A stretch of DNA of 64,000 nt from Chrysomallon squamiferum (Eukaryota; Animalia; Mollusca). The number at the start of each line of letters is the position of its first letter. Position 1 is the stretch's first letter. Of the stretch, positions 1 through 13,848 are shown in pieces. Where the stretch lies: contig CM022670.1 of NCBI GenBank assembly GCA_012295275.1, forward strand, positions 3,348,001-3,412,000, written 5' to 3'. The notes beneath the pieces were generated by a model. That model was not told where the DNA came from, ran no database searches, and worked only from the letters and a program-made list of their open reading frames with translations. The position numbers were made by a program, and so were the translations under genes.

Positions 1-403
1 TGTTATAGATGTTTCACAATTAATTTTTAAAAAACTGATGGGGAATGGTCAGTTGATAACTGATGGGCAAGACTAACAGATTAACAAAAAGTTGTAAATT
101 TGTCTACACCTCTGCTGTTGCTGATATAACATGAATCTGAGTTTTTTATTTTTTTCCTTTTATTATTCTTATTTAATACAGTATTAAGTATTTATAATAT
201 AATCATTGTTTGTTGAATTAATGTTAGGATTATTATTATTATTGGGTTTTTTTAATTGTTAATTAATTTATTGTTTTGATTTTTGTTAGTGTATTAATGC
301 CTATTATTACTATTATACCTATTATTATGAATATTATAACATTATTGTTACTACCAGTATTGTTATTACTTTAGTTATTTTTATTGTCATTTATTTTTTT
401 TAG

Positions 404-3400
404 AATGAAGCAGTAATATACAAGGAGCCAGAGAAAGCGGTGATATCACGTTCAGGAGATGAGTGTGTTGTGGCACTTTGTGATCAGTGGTTGGTAATTT
501 TTTATTTCAAAATTTACAATATACACTAGAATTAACAATCTTCTATTTTACAATACCACCCTCAAATAAAAATTTAAACTATGATTTTTTTCATTTTTTT
601 TCTCTATGGTTTTGACATAATGTTCTTTAACTAACATACGAAATTTTTTGAAATTCAGCTTTGTTATTTATTCTGTATTTCTTATTTTTATTTTATTTAT
701 TTATTTATTTATTTATTTATTTTTGTTTGTTTGCTTTCATGAATATGTACTTAATTTTTCAACATTAATGAGGGGAATTTTACCAAATAATTTTTTAAAC
801 TTTAGAAAACAAAATTATATTGTATATTTTTTCCAAGATTTCATATTTAAATATGTAGATTAAAGAGGCTTTAAAAATAATAGTAAAAACATTTTTATTT
901 CATCTGCTAATTCAACCATAGAGTTGCTTAATTCATATAACTGAACCTAGTGTTATACAATCTGTATACAATTTTGATAAAATATATAATATTACAAATA
1001 ATCTCCTCAGGTTTCTGGACTATGGAGAACCAAACTGGAAGAAGCAGGCACTGAAATGTCTGTATCAGATGAACACGTTTTCTGATAATGTCAGGGAAAA
1101 TTTCATTTCAACTCTTGAGTGGCTGCATGAACATGCCTGCTCGAGGTCTTATGGTCTGGGTATGTGTTTATTTGTGTGGGTTTTTCTTTTGTGACCATGG
1201 TATTCTGAAAGTGGCACATTCTTCTCACATGTTTCTCAAAAACTGTGCATTATCCAAGACTAAACATATATTGTTTGGGTATTTTAGACTTGTTCTTATT
1301 TATTTTAGACTTGTTCTTATTTATTTATTTTTATATTTATTATTATTTATTTTTTTATGTTTTTTTTTAAATTTATTTTGTATTATTTAATTTTTTATTA
1401 ATATTATTATTTTATTTATTTATATATTTTTTTTTTATTACTGTTATTTTATTTATTTATCTATTTTTATTTTTTTTATTCTTATTTTTTTTAATTAATG
1501 TATTTAGTGGGGTTTTTTTTTTTTTTATAAGTTGAGGAGATTTGAACTTCATTATTTGTTCATCAGATCATTGACTTAGACCCTTTATTATAAAGTTGAA
1601 TAACTTTTGACATATACTAGTAATTTTTTCTCATTTTCATTCTCTTGATATAGAAATATTCATAACTGAATAGTAAATAATATATATTTTTTTAATGTAC
1701 TCTTCTTTTTGTTAGACTATAACAATATTACTCTGTTTTTCTTCTATAAATGTTACAATGTTTATTTATTTTTATTTTATTTCTTGTGTCAAGGTTCGCG
1801 AATGCCATGGGATGAGCAGTATTTGATAGAGTCTCTGTCTGATTCTACTATCTACAATGCTTACTACACAGTGGCCCACCTGCTGCAGGGTGGGGTTGTT
1901 GATGGTAGCAAAGTGGGCCCAGCCAACATAAAGTAAGTTGATTAATAATACAGTTTAAAAAAAAAAAAAAAAAATTGTTTTTGTCTCCTTATTTATTGAT
2001 TTATTTTTTTTAGATATAATTTTATTTTCACAAATATTTTGATTTGAGATAAAAATAAAAATAACAAACAACAAAACATGTCACTTTGATTTGGATTTTT
2101 AAAGCCATCTGTTTTAAAGCAGCATTTAAATACACATACTAAAACACAAGGAAAAAACATTTTCAAATATGTTATTTTTATCTTAATTTTAAGTCACAGT
2201 TTTTTCAATTAGCAGTAAATTTAAAAAACCTGTTATTCATATGTGCAAAAACACCAGGAACAAGCAGATCAAAAATCAAGAAAGTCACATGTATACTTAA
2301 TACATACATAATTCTAACTTTTCACCCCCTTTCAGACCAGAACAGCTCACACCTGAAGTCTGGGACTATATATTCTTCAAAAACGCTCCATTCCCTGAGA
2401 AATGTGATATTCCAAAAGACATTGTGGACAAACTGAAGAACGAGTTTAACTACTGGTACCCTGTGGATGTCAGAATGTCTGGGAAAGACCTGATACCCAA
2501 TCATCTGACATACTACATCTACTGCCACTGTGCTATCTGGTCAGATGATGAGTAAGTAGTTGAACTGATGCTGATCATCACTGTTATCATCATTTATTAT
2601 TGTTGTTAGAAGTAGTAGTAGTTGTCGTATTATTGTTATTACATTATTATTATTATCATCATTATGATTATTGTTGTTGGTTGTTATTATTATTATTATT
2701 ATTATCATTATTTATGATTCTTGTATTATGCCTTGTGTGAATAACTGAACATATCCAGAATATTCAGAAGGGCAAACACTACCAAATCACAACACTGAAT
2801 TTTCATGTTTATACTTTTTCAGATCTAAATGGCCAAAAGGAATCCGAGCAAATGGTCACATCTTGCTGAACTCAGAAAAGGTACCTGTAATTTTATTATT
2901 TAAATGAACAGTATCATAATTATGTCATACCTTTACATGTAATAGAAAAGGAAAGTATGGTATGAGATAAGAAGACTGTACAAAAACAGCTCAATAAGTA
3001 AATGAAAACATCTCAGTAAACCAGTTTTTTCCGTATTAATATTTATTCAGTGTCTGATCTATGGATTTTTGTTAGTGACTACATTAAGGATTATTCTGTC
3101 TAAGTGCCAATTATCAGATATTTTATATGAACCTTCCCATAAGCTTGAAATTGCAGATAACAACCAGTCATGCTGTATATCTGACATGAATATTCTAACC
3201 ACTGCACACAGTTCAGGTCACGACCCTGGTCAGTGGGTGGTGAACTTGGTAGTCTGTGCTATATTAAACTGTCACAGGTCTTGTAACTCAAACATTAAAA
3301 TGTGTTGGAGAAAAAGAAGTGATGGACAAGTTTTGGTCAGTAATACTAGGGGGAAATCCAGATTATTTTGTGTAATTAGGAGAGAAAGAACTGATGGACA

Positions 3401-5065
3401 TTTTAGAATCCATATGATATTTTTTGTAAGTAGTAAATTGTAAAAAATGTTAATTTTGGCATACTAATTCCAGCCATTTTAACTATATAGATATCTGAGT
3501 TTTTGATGTGTGTAGACTTCCCTAAGGGAAAGTGCACATAAATGATCTGGTCAGTGAATGACATACTTGGTAGCATGTGTTAGAGAAACTTCATGATGTT
3601 TCTTCATTAGGGTATGATTAAGATATTATTGAACATACACGGTAATGTTTTAAAGCATGTAGTTGTTGTCCTAAGAAAAAGTATAATTTATAACCACATT
3701 AGTCTTAGGCTCCCACAGTGTATGTTGTCAGAGTATAACTGAATTTCAGGAAACAGCCTGCTTCAGTTTGTATGTAATGCAAATGGAAATTCATCTCAAA
3801 GGAATTATCATTGCTATTCATTATTTTCCCTACTCTTTTTCTCTTCTCTTTTTTATTATTAGTATTTTCTTTTCTTTCCATTGTTTGTTTTTCTTTTTTT
3901 CTTTTTTTTTTCAATTTTTTTTCAATTTTTTTGATGAAAAGATGGATGAAATATAGTGCATACACAAACATTCATCACATTTATTAATTAATTTATTTAT
4001 TTATTTTCAGATGTCTAAATCCACTGGAAACTTCTTGACTTTATCAGAGGCTATATCCAAGTATTCAGCTGATGGTAATAAAATGTACTATAAATTCTTT
4101 AATTTTAATGTGATTTTTTTTTTTTTTCCTTACAGCAAAGTTATAAAATATTAAGCAGTATACAACTTCTTCAAGAGGAAATCTGTATTTTTCACAGTAT
4201 TATTTTCTACTATTAACATTTACACTTTGTATGAAAGCACAAGTCCAATAATCAGTTTATTGCTACAGGTATGAGAATGTCGCTTGCTGATGCTGGAGAT
4301 ACCATTGAAGATGCCAACTTTGTGGAGAAGATGGCCGACGCTGGTTTGCTTAGACTGTATACGTTCCTTGAGTGGGTGAGGGAGGTCTTGGCAACCAAAG
4401 ACACCTTCCGCACTGGACCCCCAGAGAAATACACCTTTAATGATAGGGTGTTTCTCAGGTATTTAATTATTTGGCATTCATCATATTTGTTTTCAGAACG
4501 AAATAAATGAACTGCTTCTAGTTTTCAGAATCATGGAATTAAAACTTGAAACAGTAATTTGTTAGATCCATGTTTGTTGGTAGTCTTGTTTTGTTATTGT
4601 CATATTTTATCAGTGTTGGTTGGTTACTAGAATTAAAATTTATTTAAGCAATTTTGTTCATGTCATAAAACTACTTTAAATAAGTTAAAAAGGAGCATTT
4701 TATTTTTTAAATAATAGCATTTTGTTAATTCTTGAATATATTTTTTATAAAATAATAATAATATTAACAATAACAGAACAATGAACAGTATTAGATAAAT
4801 ATTAAATTAATGTTCTTGTGTTGTTTGTTTTTTTACAAGTGAAATAAACAAGACTATTTGTGAGACTAAAGCAAGTTATGAAAATATGATGTTTAAAGAT
4901 GCTTTGAGAATAGGCTTCTTTGAATTTCAGGTAAAAATATTAATTATTTTTCTACTGGAACTTAATTATTGTCTTCTATAAGTATTTTTTATTTTTTTCC
5001 CTATAATCTTTTTTTTTTTATTGTTTATTTTGCTTTTTCTTTTTTTTTTTTTTTTTTTTTATTTA

Positions 5066-5116
<51 letters not shown>

Positions 5117-8100
5117 GTTTAATTTATTAATCTTTTTTTTTTTTTTTTTTTTTTTTGAAATGTTCCTGTTATATGGATTAAGATAGATGTTACTAAATAA
5201 AGGTTACATATGTAGTATTGTTGTTTTATATTTAGAATTTTTAGGCTGTGTACAAGAAATATAAAATTGTTTTCTTCTGCTCTGTATTATGCTGATTTCT
5301 ATTATGAAAAATAAAATTATTTTTTGTAGTCAGTATATATATATATATATGTGTGTGTATATAAAAAAAAATTGGGGGGCATTATTATTTTTAATTATTT
5401 TTGTTTGTTTTTCTTTTTTCTTTTTTTTGTCTTATTTATTTTGCTATTTTTTATAGCTCAGTTTGTAGATACTGTTTTTATTTACCACTGTGTTCTTCTT
5501 TTTATTATTTTCTTTTCTGTATTTTGAAAATGAATTGTTTCAGGCTGTGAGAGATAAATATCGTGAAGTAGAGATGGAAGGCATGCACAGAGACCTGATC
5601 ATGCACTTCATAGAAATACAGCTTCTCATCTTGTCTCCAATCTGCCCACACATCACTGAACACATCTGGGGTCTTCTTGGAAAGGTTTTCAGTGATTTCT
5701 GTTTTTATTATCCATTATCACTACTACTGATTGTTATTGTAGTTGTTATCAATTATTACTGTTCTTTTGATTATTATTATTATTATTGTTATTGTTATTG
5801 TTATTGTTATTATTATTATTATTATTATAACACTTAAATATAAAACCTCACTTTGATTTTGACAAATTTCATTGCATTATTGTTTGGTTTTTTACTTTTC
5901 TTTATCTTCTAATTACCATCACATCATCATCATTTTTTTATTACAATTATTATCACAATTCTTTTAAATTAATAATGTCATTATTTTTCTAAAATTATTA
6001 CAATTATTTTATCATCATCATCATTATTTTTACATTTGTTATTGTTTTCATTACTATTACTATTATTATTACCTTTATCATCATCATCATCATCATCATC
6101 ATTATTATTATCATTACATTCACTATTTTTGTTAGGGTTGTTGTTATTTTTACCATTATTATTTACATTACATTAACATTGTTCTTTATTTTGTTATTTT
6201 AAAATTATTAGTTATTTGCTATTTTGAAGTTATTATTTATTTGCTATTTTAAAATGATTAGTTATTTGAACTTTGTTTCAGTGTGGCAGTATTATGCGTG
6301 CTGCGTGGCCAACTGCTGGTCAGATTGACCGCATCCTCGTACGCTCATCTGAGTATCTGATGGATGCTGCTCATGCCTTCCGTCTTCGATTGAAAGCAAC
6401 AAATGCTAAATGCAGGGTAAAGTTTTTTTAATTAAAAAAAAAAACACATTCCAAATTATATTTTCGTTAATTTTCACACAGAAAAACCCCACAAAAAAAC
6501 AACTGATATATAAAAAAAAGAAATTTAGAAATTGCATCAACATTTTTTTAAATATTACACATTATAAGCTAAATATAGTGAGAATTACCTATACATTGTT
6601 TTGCCATCCAGACTTTTATTAAGGACAAAACTTAACAAGAAAATAAAATATTTTTGAAATATCAGACATTTTTTATGTAGTTGTGGTATTGGCTATGAGT
6701 GACTAGTTGTCTAGTCTTGTAAGTAAAAAAATACAGTTACCAGCATGCATTCACTCACTGATGACACCATCACCCCAGTTGGGAACAGATAAAATGGTGG
6801 CATTTGTGTATACTGTAAATTCTTAATACTTCCAAGTTATTGTCATACTAAGATACTTTATTATTAGCAATAATAGTTTGCTTAAAGCAGTAAAATGATA
6901 TCCTGGGCAATGATAGATAGCCCAAAGCAACAAAGTAATATCATGGACATAATAGTTAGCTCAAAGCAATAAAATATTACCTTGGACAATATTAGTTTGG
7001 TCAAAGCAATAAAGTAATATCTTGGACAATAATAGCTGAAAGCAATAAAGTAATAACCAGGACAAATAAACAATTTTACTCAAACCATTTATTCTACCAT
7101 CACAACAGATAGGACAGTGGATGTGTGATATTTTAATGTATAAAGGTTAAATTATTCTGGGTGAATTTTGAATTTATCTTGTTTTTTTTTTCAGGGTTTA
7201 GCCACTTCTCCAACACATGCCACGATCTGGGTGGCCAAGAAATACCCACCCTGGCAGAACACAGTTCTAATCACACTGAAGGAACTGTTTGAGGTGTGTG
7301 CCAGCTTTATCAAGACTTCTGAACAAACCAGTGAATGGATGGATGGAGAGAGGGACAAACAAATGAATGAATGAAGAATCAAAAATGAAACTGATGGATG
7401 GATGTAACAGTGAAAAACTAAATGTTAAATAATTTAAAAAAAAAAAGAATGAATTGATGGACACATATTTAAAGATAGGCCATCAAATATACTTGATTTG
7501 CCATTCATTGTGGATAAATTGTTGACTAGTCAGACATGATTGTTTCAGTGCTCCTTCAGCATGTCATTATTTTTATTAGTATTTGCTGTCATCATCATCA
7601 TCATCGTCTTCATTATTATTATTATTATTATTCATTTATTTAATTATTATTATTTTTACAGGCTAATAATGGTTTTCCAGAAAACAAGGTGATTGCAGCA
7701 AAATTGAATTCCAACCCAGATCTGAAGAAATATGCAAAGAAACTGATGCCATTTGTACAAGTGGCTAAGGTCAGTTTTTATTAGATATTGACACATATCT
7801 TATCTTAAATGTGTATTCCATCTTATCATCATCATAGTCATTGTTATTATTATTATTTTATTATTTTATTTTTTATTAGGAAAACTTTAAGAAACATGGT
7901 ATTAAAGCTCTAGATCTGACAATGGAGTTTGATGAATCAGAAGTGCTGTTTCGAAACTTGAAATATTTGGCAAATACTCTTGAGGTTGGTATTTTTATAT
8001 TTTTGTATTTTAGCCTTACCCTTGCCATAAAATATATAGATATACCCATATTAATATAGATAATTCAATTAAAATAAATCAGTAAATTATTTACAATCCA

Positions 8101-10850
8101 AATTTTGTTGTGTTTAATCGGAATTATTTCTGAGTTACAAAACTTTTACATTTTGCTAATATATTCTAGGACGTCTTAGGCATAGTTTACTTTTGACAGA
8201 TGGATGTCACAATAAAATGGAATATATCAATATGTGCAGGGTTCTGGGGTTATTAAAGCATCGTCATGTTTTATTTATTTGCAAAGGTTGGTGCTGAAGC
8301 TCATGTAATTGAAACTTAAATTTTTTTGTTATTTTTTTTTTTTTTTTTTCAGATGCAAGGAATTGACTTAAATTTTTCTGACGGTGCTGAAGACAAAGTT
8401 CAGCAAGAATGCTGTCCAGGAAAACCATTCATCACTTTCAGAACAGAGGTTAGTTTTGTTATTTAACTGTCTTAAATTTGACATTTCACCCTTTGCTTAC
8501 ATTAAGCTGTAAGCGTGCTTTCTTGTGCTTCATACAGATGGCTTAAACTGTGTTTGATAAATGCTTAAATTTCACTAAGGCAGTAAAAATTAAAAAACAT
8601 TTCTTTATTAGTGAAATGGAATAAAATTGATTATTAAGACAAGAGTATACAGTCAGATCTGTGTTCTGATTAAGTCTAGGAACACAGTTCATGTCTGTTC
8701 TGATTAAGACAAGGGCACACAGTTCAGATCTGTTATGATTACATTTAGGGCATACAGTTCAGGTCTGTGTTCTGATTAAGGCTAGGGCATACAGTTCAGG
8801 TCTGTGTTCTGGTTAACGCTAGGGCACACAGTTCAGGTCCATGTTCTGATTAAGGCTAGGGCACACAGTTCAGGTCTGTGTTCTGGTTAACGCTAGGGCA
8901 TACAGTTCAGGTCTGTGTTCTGATTAACACAAGGGCACACAGTTCAGGTCTGTGTTCTGATTAAGGCTAGGGCACACAGTTCAGGACTGTGATCTGTGTT
9001 TCAGGTCTGTGTTCTGGTTAATGCTAGGGCATACAGTTCAGGTCTGTGTTCTGATTAACACAATGGCACACAGTTCAGGTCTGTGTTCTGATTAAGGCTA
9101 GGGCACACAGTTCAGGACTGTGTTCTGATTAAGGCTAGGGCACACAGTTCAGGTCTGTGTTCTGATTAACACAAGGGCATACAGTTCAGGTTTGTGTTCT
9201 GATTAATGCTAGGGCACACAGTTCAGGTCTGTGTTCTGATTAACACAAGGGCATGCAGTTCAGGTTTGGGATCTGATTAATGCTAGGGCACACAGTTCAG
9301 GTTTGTGATCTGATTAACACAAGGGCACACAGTTCAGGTTTGTGATCTGATTAATGCTAGGGCACACAGTTCAGGTCTGTGTTCTGATTAAGGCTAGGGC
9401 ACACAGTTCAGGTCTGATTAGTGGACACAGGACTTGGTAAGTTGTGCAACATTAAAATCTCTCTTGTGGCTTCATCGCTTAAAATTCTTAATAGTGAATT
9501 TTAGGAACACCAGAGGTGAGACATACGGTTTTATTACTGGTATTTGGTAAAAGAATGAGATACTTTTTTTAATGATTATTTTGAGATACTGTTACTTATA
9601 ACATCAAATAATTGGTTTATAAGCACTTTTTTACAGTCTGCTTAATAAATGAAACTCTCTTCAACGAAACAGTATTTCAATGTTGACTGGCATAGGAAAA
9701 TATCCAAGGTTTTCACTGAGTAGGATTGATTAGTATTCTTTTTTACTTACTCATAATTATTTACTCAGAAAAGAAATTTGAAACAGGTCTTTTTTTGTTG
9801 TTGTTGTTTTTTAGATAGATTTTTTATGTATGTTTGTTTTTGTTAAATTTTCTTCTGGTTATATATTTCATATTTCAAGTTTTTTTTTTTTTTTTTTTTT
9901 AAAGTAAAAATTATGATTATTAATATTTTCTTTAATTTGTTAGTCTACTGTCCCAGTGCTGTTTGTCAATCCTCAGCCATACAGTGGACTGTTTGAAATG
10001 ACCTTGGGAATTTTTGATAATGACAGAAAACAAAACATAGTATCTCGACTTGTGAAAACTGAAAAGTCAAAAATAAAAGGTAATTATTTTTTGATTTGAT
10101 TGATTTTTTATTTTTTATTATTTTTATTATCATCATCATCATCATCATCATGTTTATTTATTTAAATATTGAATAAAATCTTTATTTAAAACCTTTCCTA
10201 TTATCTCCCTTACTATTATTTACCTAGGTACATTCACAATCTTTCTCTTTTTCTTTCCTTCTCCTTTTTTTATTTTTTTTTTTTTTTTTGTTTGTGCATT
10301 TCATTTTTAATAAAATTTATTGTAAAAAAAATAAAAAGACTGAAAATTAAAAATTGTTAATTTGTTGGTTTTATTATATTTTAATAGTTGTTACTACATT
10401 ACTACTTATTTATTGTTATTTTTATTGTTATTATTGTCTGCATTATTAATAAAGCTTTTACAACAAAAGTTTTTAAAAACAACATCTGGACAACTCTGGT
10501 AGTTGTTTGAAGTAGACATTATTATTGTTCTTTTGTGTTTTAATTTTATTTTATTTTAATTTTAATTTAATTTAATTTTATTTTATTTTATTTTATTTTA
10601 TTTTATTTTATTTTATTTTATTTCTTTATATATTTTTCTTTCAGATTCTAATGCAGTATCCATACTGAGATATATTGACAGTGAGGCTGGCTGCAGGAAA
10701 TTTCCAAACATGGACAGCATAACTCAGGGACAGGAGGACATATCTGACAAAGCAATATTTCACATTGACTCTGAAAACAGAATCGTGACTGTCGAAGAAA
10801 ATGGAAAAACTTTCAGTATCGGAGATCACATGGTGTACATTGTGGAATGA
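404..10850 (+). CDS. LARS1: Leucyl-tRNA synthetase, cytoplasmic (5'-partial; 16 coding exons in window, 672 aa)
   Basis: join(404..489,1011..1159,1794..1932,2336..2551,2823..2880,4011..4074,4269..4458,4840..4930,5544..5684,6282..6416,7195..7293,7662..7769,7880..7984,8353..8448,9944..10079,10645..10850). All introns are GT-AG, phases are consistent, and the total is 2019 nt ending in TGA. The translation has eukaryotic LeuRS hallmarks: [79 protein letters not shown]|[11 protein letters not shown] (class I KMSKS split by the 2881-4010 intron), [24 protein letters not shown] and VNPQP. The N-terminal half lies upstream of the window. Confidence 0.97.
6884..7068. repeat. Degenerate ~39-bp tandem repeat, about 5 copies, in a LARS1 intron
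   Basis: Recurring unit AAAGCAATAAAGTAATATCTTGGACAATAATAG(TTAGCTC) with substitutions. Confidence 0.75.
8630..9427. repeat. 37-bp minisatellite, about 21 copies, in LARS1 intron 8449-9943
   Basis: Unit CTGATTAAGGCTAGGGCACACAGTTCAGGTCTGTGTT. The 37-bp period is checked at 8772 and 8809. Alternating variants (GGCTAGGG, CACAAGGG, TGCTAGGG); copies at the 5' edge are more degenerate. Confidence 0.95.
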
Positions 10851-10882
10851 TATCTTAGTTTAAAAACCTGGGTATATTTTAC

Positions 10883-10888
10883 AATAAA
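10883..10888 (+). terminator. Candidate polyadenylation signal of LARS1
   Basis: AATAAA 33 nt after the stop codon. Others occur further downstream (e.g. ~11158), and the hexamer is common in AT-rich DNA. Confidence 0.4.
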
Positions 10889-11418
10889 ATATATTTTCAA
10901 TTCAACATTGTAAAATACATTTTTCACCAATACTGAATGTGAAAATAAATGATAATGAAAGAAAATGAAAACTTGTGAGCAGGTGTTTGGTTTAAAGTCT
11001 TGCAAATTTATAATAATGTATGTTTTGAATTTTAAAAATTAAGTAATGATAATGAAGAGAGAAAAAAAATGGAGGAAAAACCTGTTTTTGAATTATATAC
11101 ATTGTGGTGTTTCATAGAACTATTTTTTTTATATATTCTTGTAAGAAATACACTGAAAATAAAATTTAAAAAACACACGTTATTAATATAGGAGAAGGTG
11201 ATGTTCACTTAAAGTGAATCTTGATTCAGTCTGAAGTGATGTGTGTAAATTACAACGACACATTTTTGAATTTCAGTCTTCTTTTGTCTTCACACCCACA
11301 TAGACATTGAAAGAAAAGAGATAGCAATCAGGGAACACACTGTACATTTTCAGTTTATTGTTTAAGATAATTTGAATTTAATTATTTTAAATATATATAT
11401 ATATATATATATATATAG

Positions 11419-11473
<55 letters not shown>

Positions 11474-12022
11474 AAAAAAGTTGGGTTTTTTTTATTTTTT
11501 ATTTTTTTCAAATGGTCAGGTGGCAAGTAAAAAAAATAAAATAGACAATATTAGATTAAATGTTATATTTTATTTTTATTTTTCACCAGAAACAGATCAC
11601 AAGGTGAAACTAGTGAAAGTGGAGAGAAGAGAATGTACCTTCTATAATGTTTATATACAAATACATTTTAAATTTATTTATTTTTCACATTCTGCTTTGA
11701 CTTGTAATTAACCCTGTATTTGACAGTTGATGGTGAATGTAAACAAAAATGGAAAATGTTTAATACGTAATAACTAATTGGGCACTCTGTGTCTAATTTT
11801 GATTTTATTTTTGTCACATTGGTGTTATCAGTCATTATTTATTTATTTATTTTGATTTAAGTGGACATGGTAGGTAAAAAATTATAAAACTTGAAGAAAC
11901 AAAATTGTTTTATTACTTTTTGACATGACCATTTTGCAATGAAAGTTTATATTCACAGATAACACGATGATAAATCAGAACATTATCCCTACAGCCATTA
12001 TAAATGGAAATATGATTTATGT

Positions 12023-12063
<41 letters not shown>

Positions 12064-12653
12064 TCAGTTTTTGTACTGTCCTATCATTTTGAGGCAGAAT
12101 CTGCAAGAAAATTATTTTTGATAGAGATCCCAGATTTGGAAAAAAAAAATATATATATATTTTAGAAACAAATATTGCAATATGACAGAAAGAAAAACGT
12201 GGAAAAATAATTCTTTGCACGTAATCTTTACGTAACTTTTCAGTTTTTTCAAAATACGAATGAAAAACATTTTAAAATATAAAAGTAACATAACTTTTTT
12301 TTATTTATTTTGAAGTATGTACATAAAGATATCTTTGTTATTTTTTAGCAACACATGTCTGTCGATAACAACAACAGCTTGAATAATGTATAGATGATGT
12401 TGGTGTAGGTTGGAAAAGTTCATAAAATGGCGTACTTTAATTTTTAAATAATAATATAACCATTTGTCAAAGAAATTAAACTTGTATTAGATTTTTGTGG
12501 TAATATAAGTGGATTGTTTCCATCAAGGTTCAGTTCTATAAGTAAAATTATTTTTTGCCACGTGTCCCTTTAATTTGATATGATTTTATGTTTTGTTTTG
12601 TTTTGTTTTATTTATTTATTTGTTTATTTATTACTGTTTATTATTATTATTAC

Positions 12654-12714
<61 letters not shown>

Positions 12715-13793
12715 GATGTAAAATGTATATTTTTATTCTGAAATGTCAAAATGTATATTTTTCGTTGCTAAAAATACATGTTTGTGCTTTAAATAATCAA
12801 AATTAAATTTTGCCAACTCGTTGCATATATTAAAAAATACATGTTTGTGCCTTTAAATTGTAAATATGTATCTACCAAGAAAAAGCTGAAAAACAATCTT
12901 TTATCTTTTTTACCGTGTTGATGACCTTTATGGCATAGACAACGTCAGAACCAAAATTTGGTTTAAAAACATTTGGCAAATGTGAAAATAAAACAAAATT
13001 TGTTCATTATTTATTTTGTAACAGTATGATTACATGTTAATACATACATTCAGACACACACACACACGTATGTATATTCCATTATGAATGTGGATTAAAT
13101 AACGAATACCATAAAGCATTAGTTCCTCTGTACAATCTATTTCAAAACGTGATGCTTGGATTACAAGTGAATATAATCATGGTTATTAATATACACGCAT
13201 AAACCATTATAACTCATTGCCGTTTTGATTAATTTTACAGATGAAATTGTATAAAAAGTATAGAATTTAATTAATTACATGCATTTGATTTTGTGTTTGT
13301 GTTTACTTGTTTATTTATTTTTATTTCATTTATTTTTTTCTTCGTTTTATTATTATTATTATTGTTATTGTTATTATTATCGTTGTTGTTATTATTATTA
13401 ATATTATTACTTGCCCAGAGTCAAAACGAAGGGATCTCTAGAAAAATCTAAATTATTTACACAATTAAAATAAATCTGCTGATTCTGTTTAATGTAATAT
13501 GGATTTGTCTTTAAAAATTACGAATTCGCCATTTTGTTAAAAAAAAAATTACGTTAATTAATTTTACGAAAAATCGTGGATGCATAAATTGGAATAACGT
13601 GATGGTCGAAGCCGAGTCAGATATGATTTGTCTTTTCCCCATGTATTTTTGTTCCTACTTGCGAAAATAAATTTGTTTTGGCGATTTCAGTAGTCTTGCC
13701 TGTTGAAGTTAACGTCATGATGGTTGCAAAGAGGAATTGAAATTTTCATAAAAAATCACATTATTTAATCTGAGGATAATCTGTTTCTTTTAA

Positions 13794-13848
<55 letters not shown>

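Noticed and set aside
6417-7194. Possible missing LARS1 microexon, since the linker is about 6 aa shorter than the human K-rich linker
   Set aside because: The flanking exons join in frame, this linker is variable, and no convincing AG/GT-bounded candidate was found.
8630-9427. 37-bp repeat of CRISPR-like length
   Set aside because: Units are head-to-tail with no spacers, lie in a spliceosomal intron, and no cas genes are present.
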